A stretch of 64,000 nt of DNA from Negaprion brevirostris. Taxonomy: Eukaryota. The stretch covers positions 104,751,155 through 104,815,154 of the forward strand of contig JARDVH010000042.1 of NCBI GenBank assembly GCA_030324005.1. Direction: 5' to 3'. The translations under genes and the position numbers were made by a program. Shown here piece by piece: positions 62,983 through 64,000 of this stretch (the first letter of the stretch is position 1; the number at the start of each line of letters is the position of its first letter). The notes under the pieces were generated by a model. It was not told the origin of the DNA, searched no databases, and saw only the letters and a program-made list of their open reading frames with translations.

Positions 62983-63777
62983 CTCTGATTTCTCTAATTT
63001 TTCAGCAGCCCTAGATGTCATCAAGCACAAGTCACAAAATTCTTTAAAAATTCTGTTTTGGTCATTTAATATTTCAGCTCCTCACTTTCAAGGATATAGG
63101 TTCTGATTTCCATCAATAATTCCTAACAACTGCTCACCTCTTAGTTTTTCCCTTTCTTCTCCAGAGCTGTCCCACCGGATTGCTGAAGTTGCATCCTAAC
63201 ATCTAATTATGCCAGCTGCACTGAGCAGCACACCACTGTTTCTGGGATTTCCTTTGCCCAACTGCCTGCTTCACTGAGCTGATACTGCTGCCTAGGTTTC
63301 TCTGAGCTCTAATCTCCCTGGCTGCATTGAACAGACATCACTCTTGAGATTCCCTGAGTTCGGCACTTAGCAGCATAGAGGTATCATCAGCATTTCCAGC
63401 TGCAGAGAGCCTACTCGCCTCTCTGCCTGCTCCCAACAGACCTGTCAGGTGAGCTCAATTTTGCGTCATAAAACTCCTTCCCATGGTCATTGTTTTGCAC
63501 AGTCTTTCGTGCACGCTGACCACTCCCTGCGGCTCGCTGTTTGCTCCAGAACTCCCAGACAGGAATTGTGGTCAACAGCCTCTACTCTGAAACTCCATGA
63601 ACCCAATACTGATCCCCTCACAATATGTATAAAAATGCTGTTCTGAAGTGATTTAGTTATATATACAGAAATATATTAGCTTAACCAAAACCTATGTCTG
63701 CATAAGAAGTCTGTGGAAGGGGAGTTGTAAATCAAATTAAATCATCAGTGATTTGAGGCAGACCATTTTGTTAAGAG

Positions 63778-64000
63778 AAATAAAAACATAAAATGCTGGA
63801 AAGTTTCAGTAGATCTGACAACATCTGTGGGGAGAGAATAGAGCCAACGTNNNNNNNNNNNNNNNNNNNNNNNNNNNNNNNNNNNNNNNNNNNNNNNNNN
63901 NNNNNNNNNNNNNNNNNNNNNNNNNNNNNNNNNNNNNNNNNNNNNNNGATTCTCCATTTTCTGTTTCCATTTCAGATTCCAGCATCCACAGTATTTTGCT
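63778..64000. mobile_element. Penelope-like terminal fold-back fragment spanning an N-run
   Basis: aaaatgctggaaagtttcagtagatctgacaacatctgtggggagag on the left; ttttctgtttccatttcagattccagcatc on the right is the reverse of the motif at 58075-58105. Confidence 0.65.

Overview
Vertebrate intronic/exonic DNA, most likely from a shark (inferred from the HE1/V-SINE-like SINEs with CR1-type tails plus CR1, Rex1, Penelope and Harbinger remnants). The + strand carries the middle of MPDZ (MUPP1, multiple PDZ domain protein). Eleven core exons were reconstructed with compatible splice phases; they encode PDZ7, PDZ8, PDZ9 and linkers, and both ends of the gene lie outside the window. The main finding lies between PDZ7 and PDZ8: four separate, frame-preserving (phase 0-0) small exons at 14038-14118, 16652-16756, 20020-20106 and 20316-20387, each encoding an NPF (EH-domain ligand) motif, five NPFs in total. 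Human MPDZ, as I recall it, has one NPF segment here. Three of the four share the same NPF-x5-K|GT register, which suggests exon duplication and a splicing-controlled endocytic-adaptor module. Other notable items are a GC-AG intron inside PDZ8, a candidate alternative last exon after PDZ9, a template-switch-like scar near the PDZ7 acceptor, and many decayed transposons. N-runs hide part of the sequence. All calls come from reading the sequence by eye; no database search was run, and repeat boundaries are approximate.
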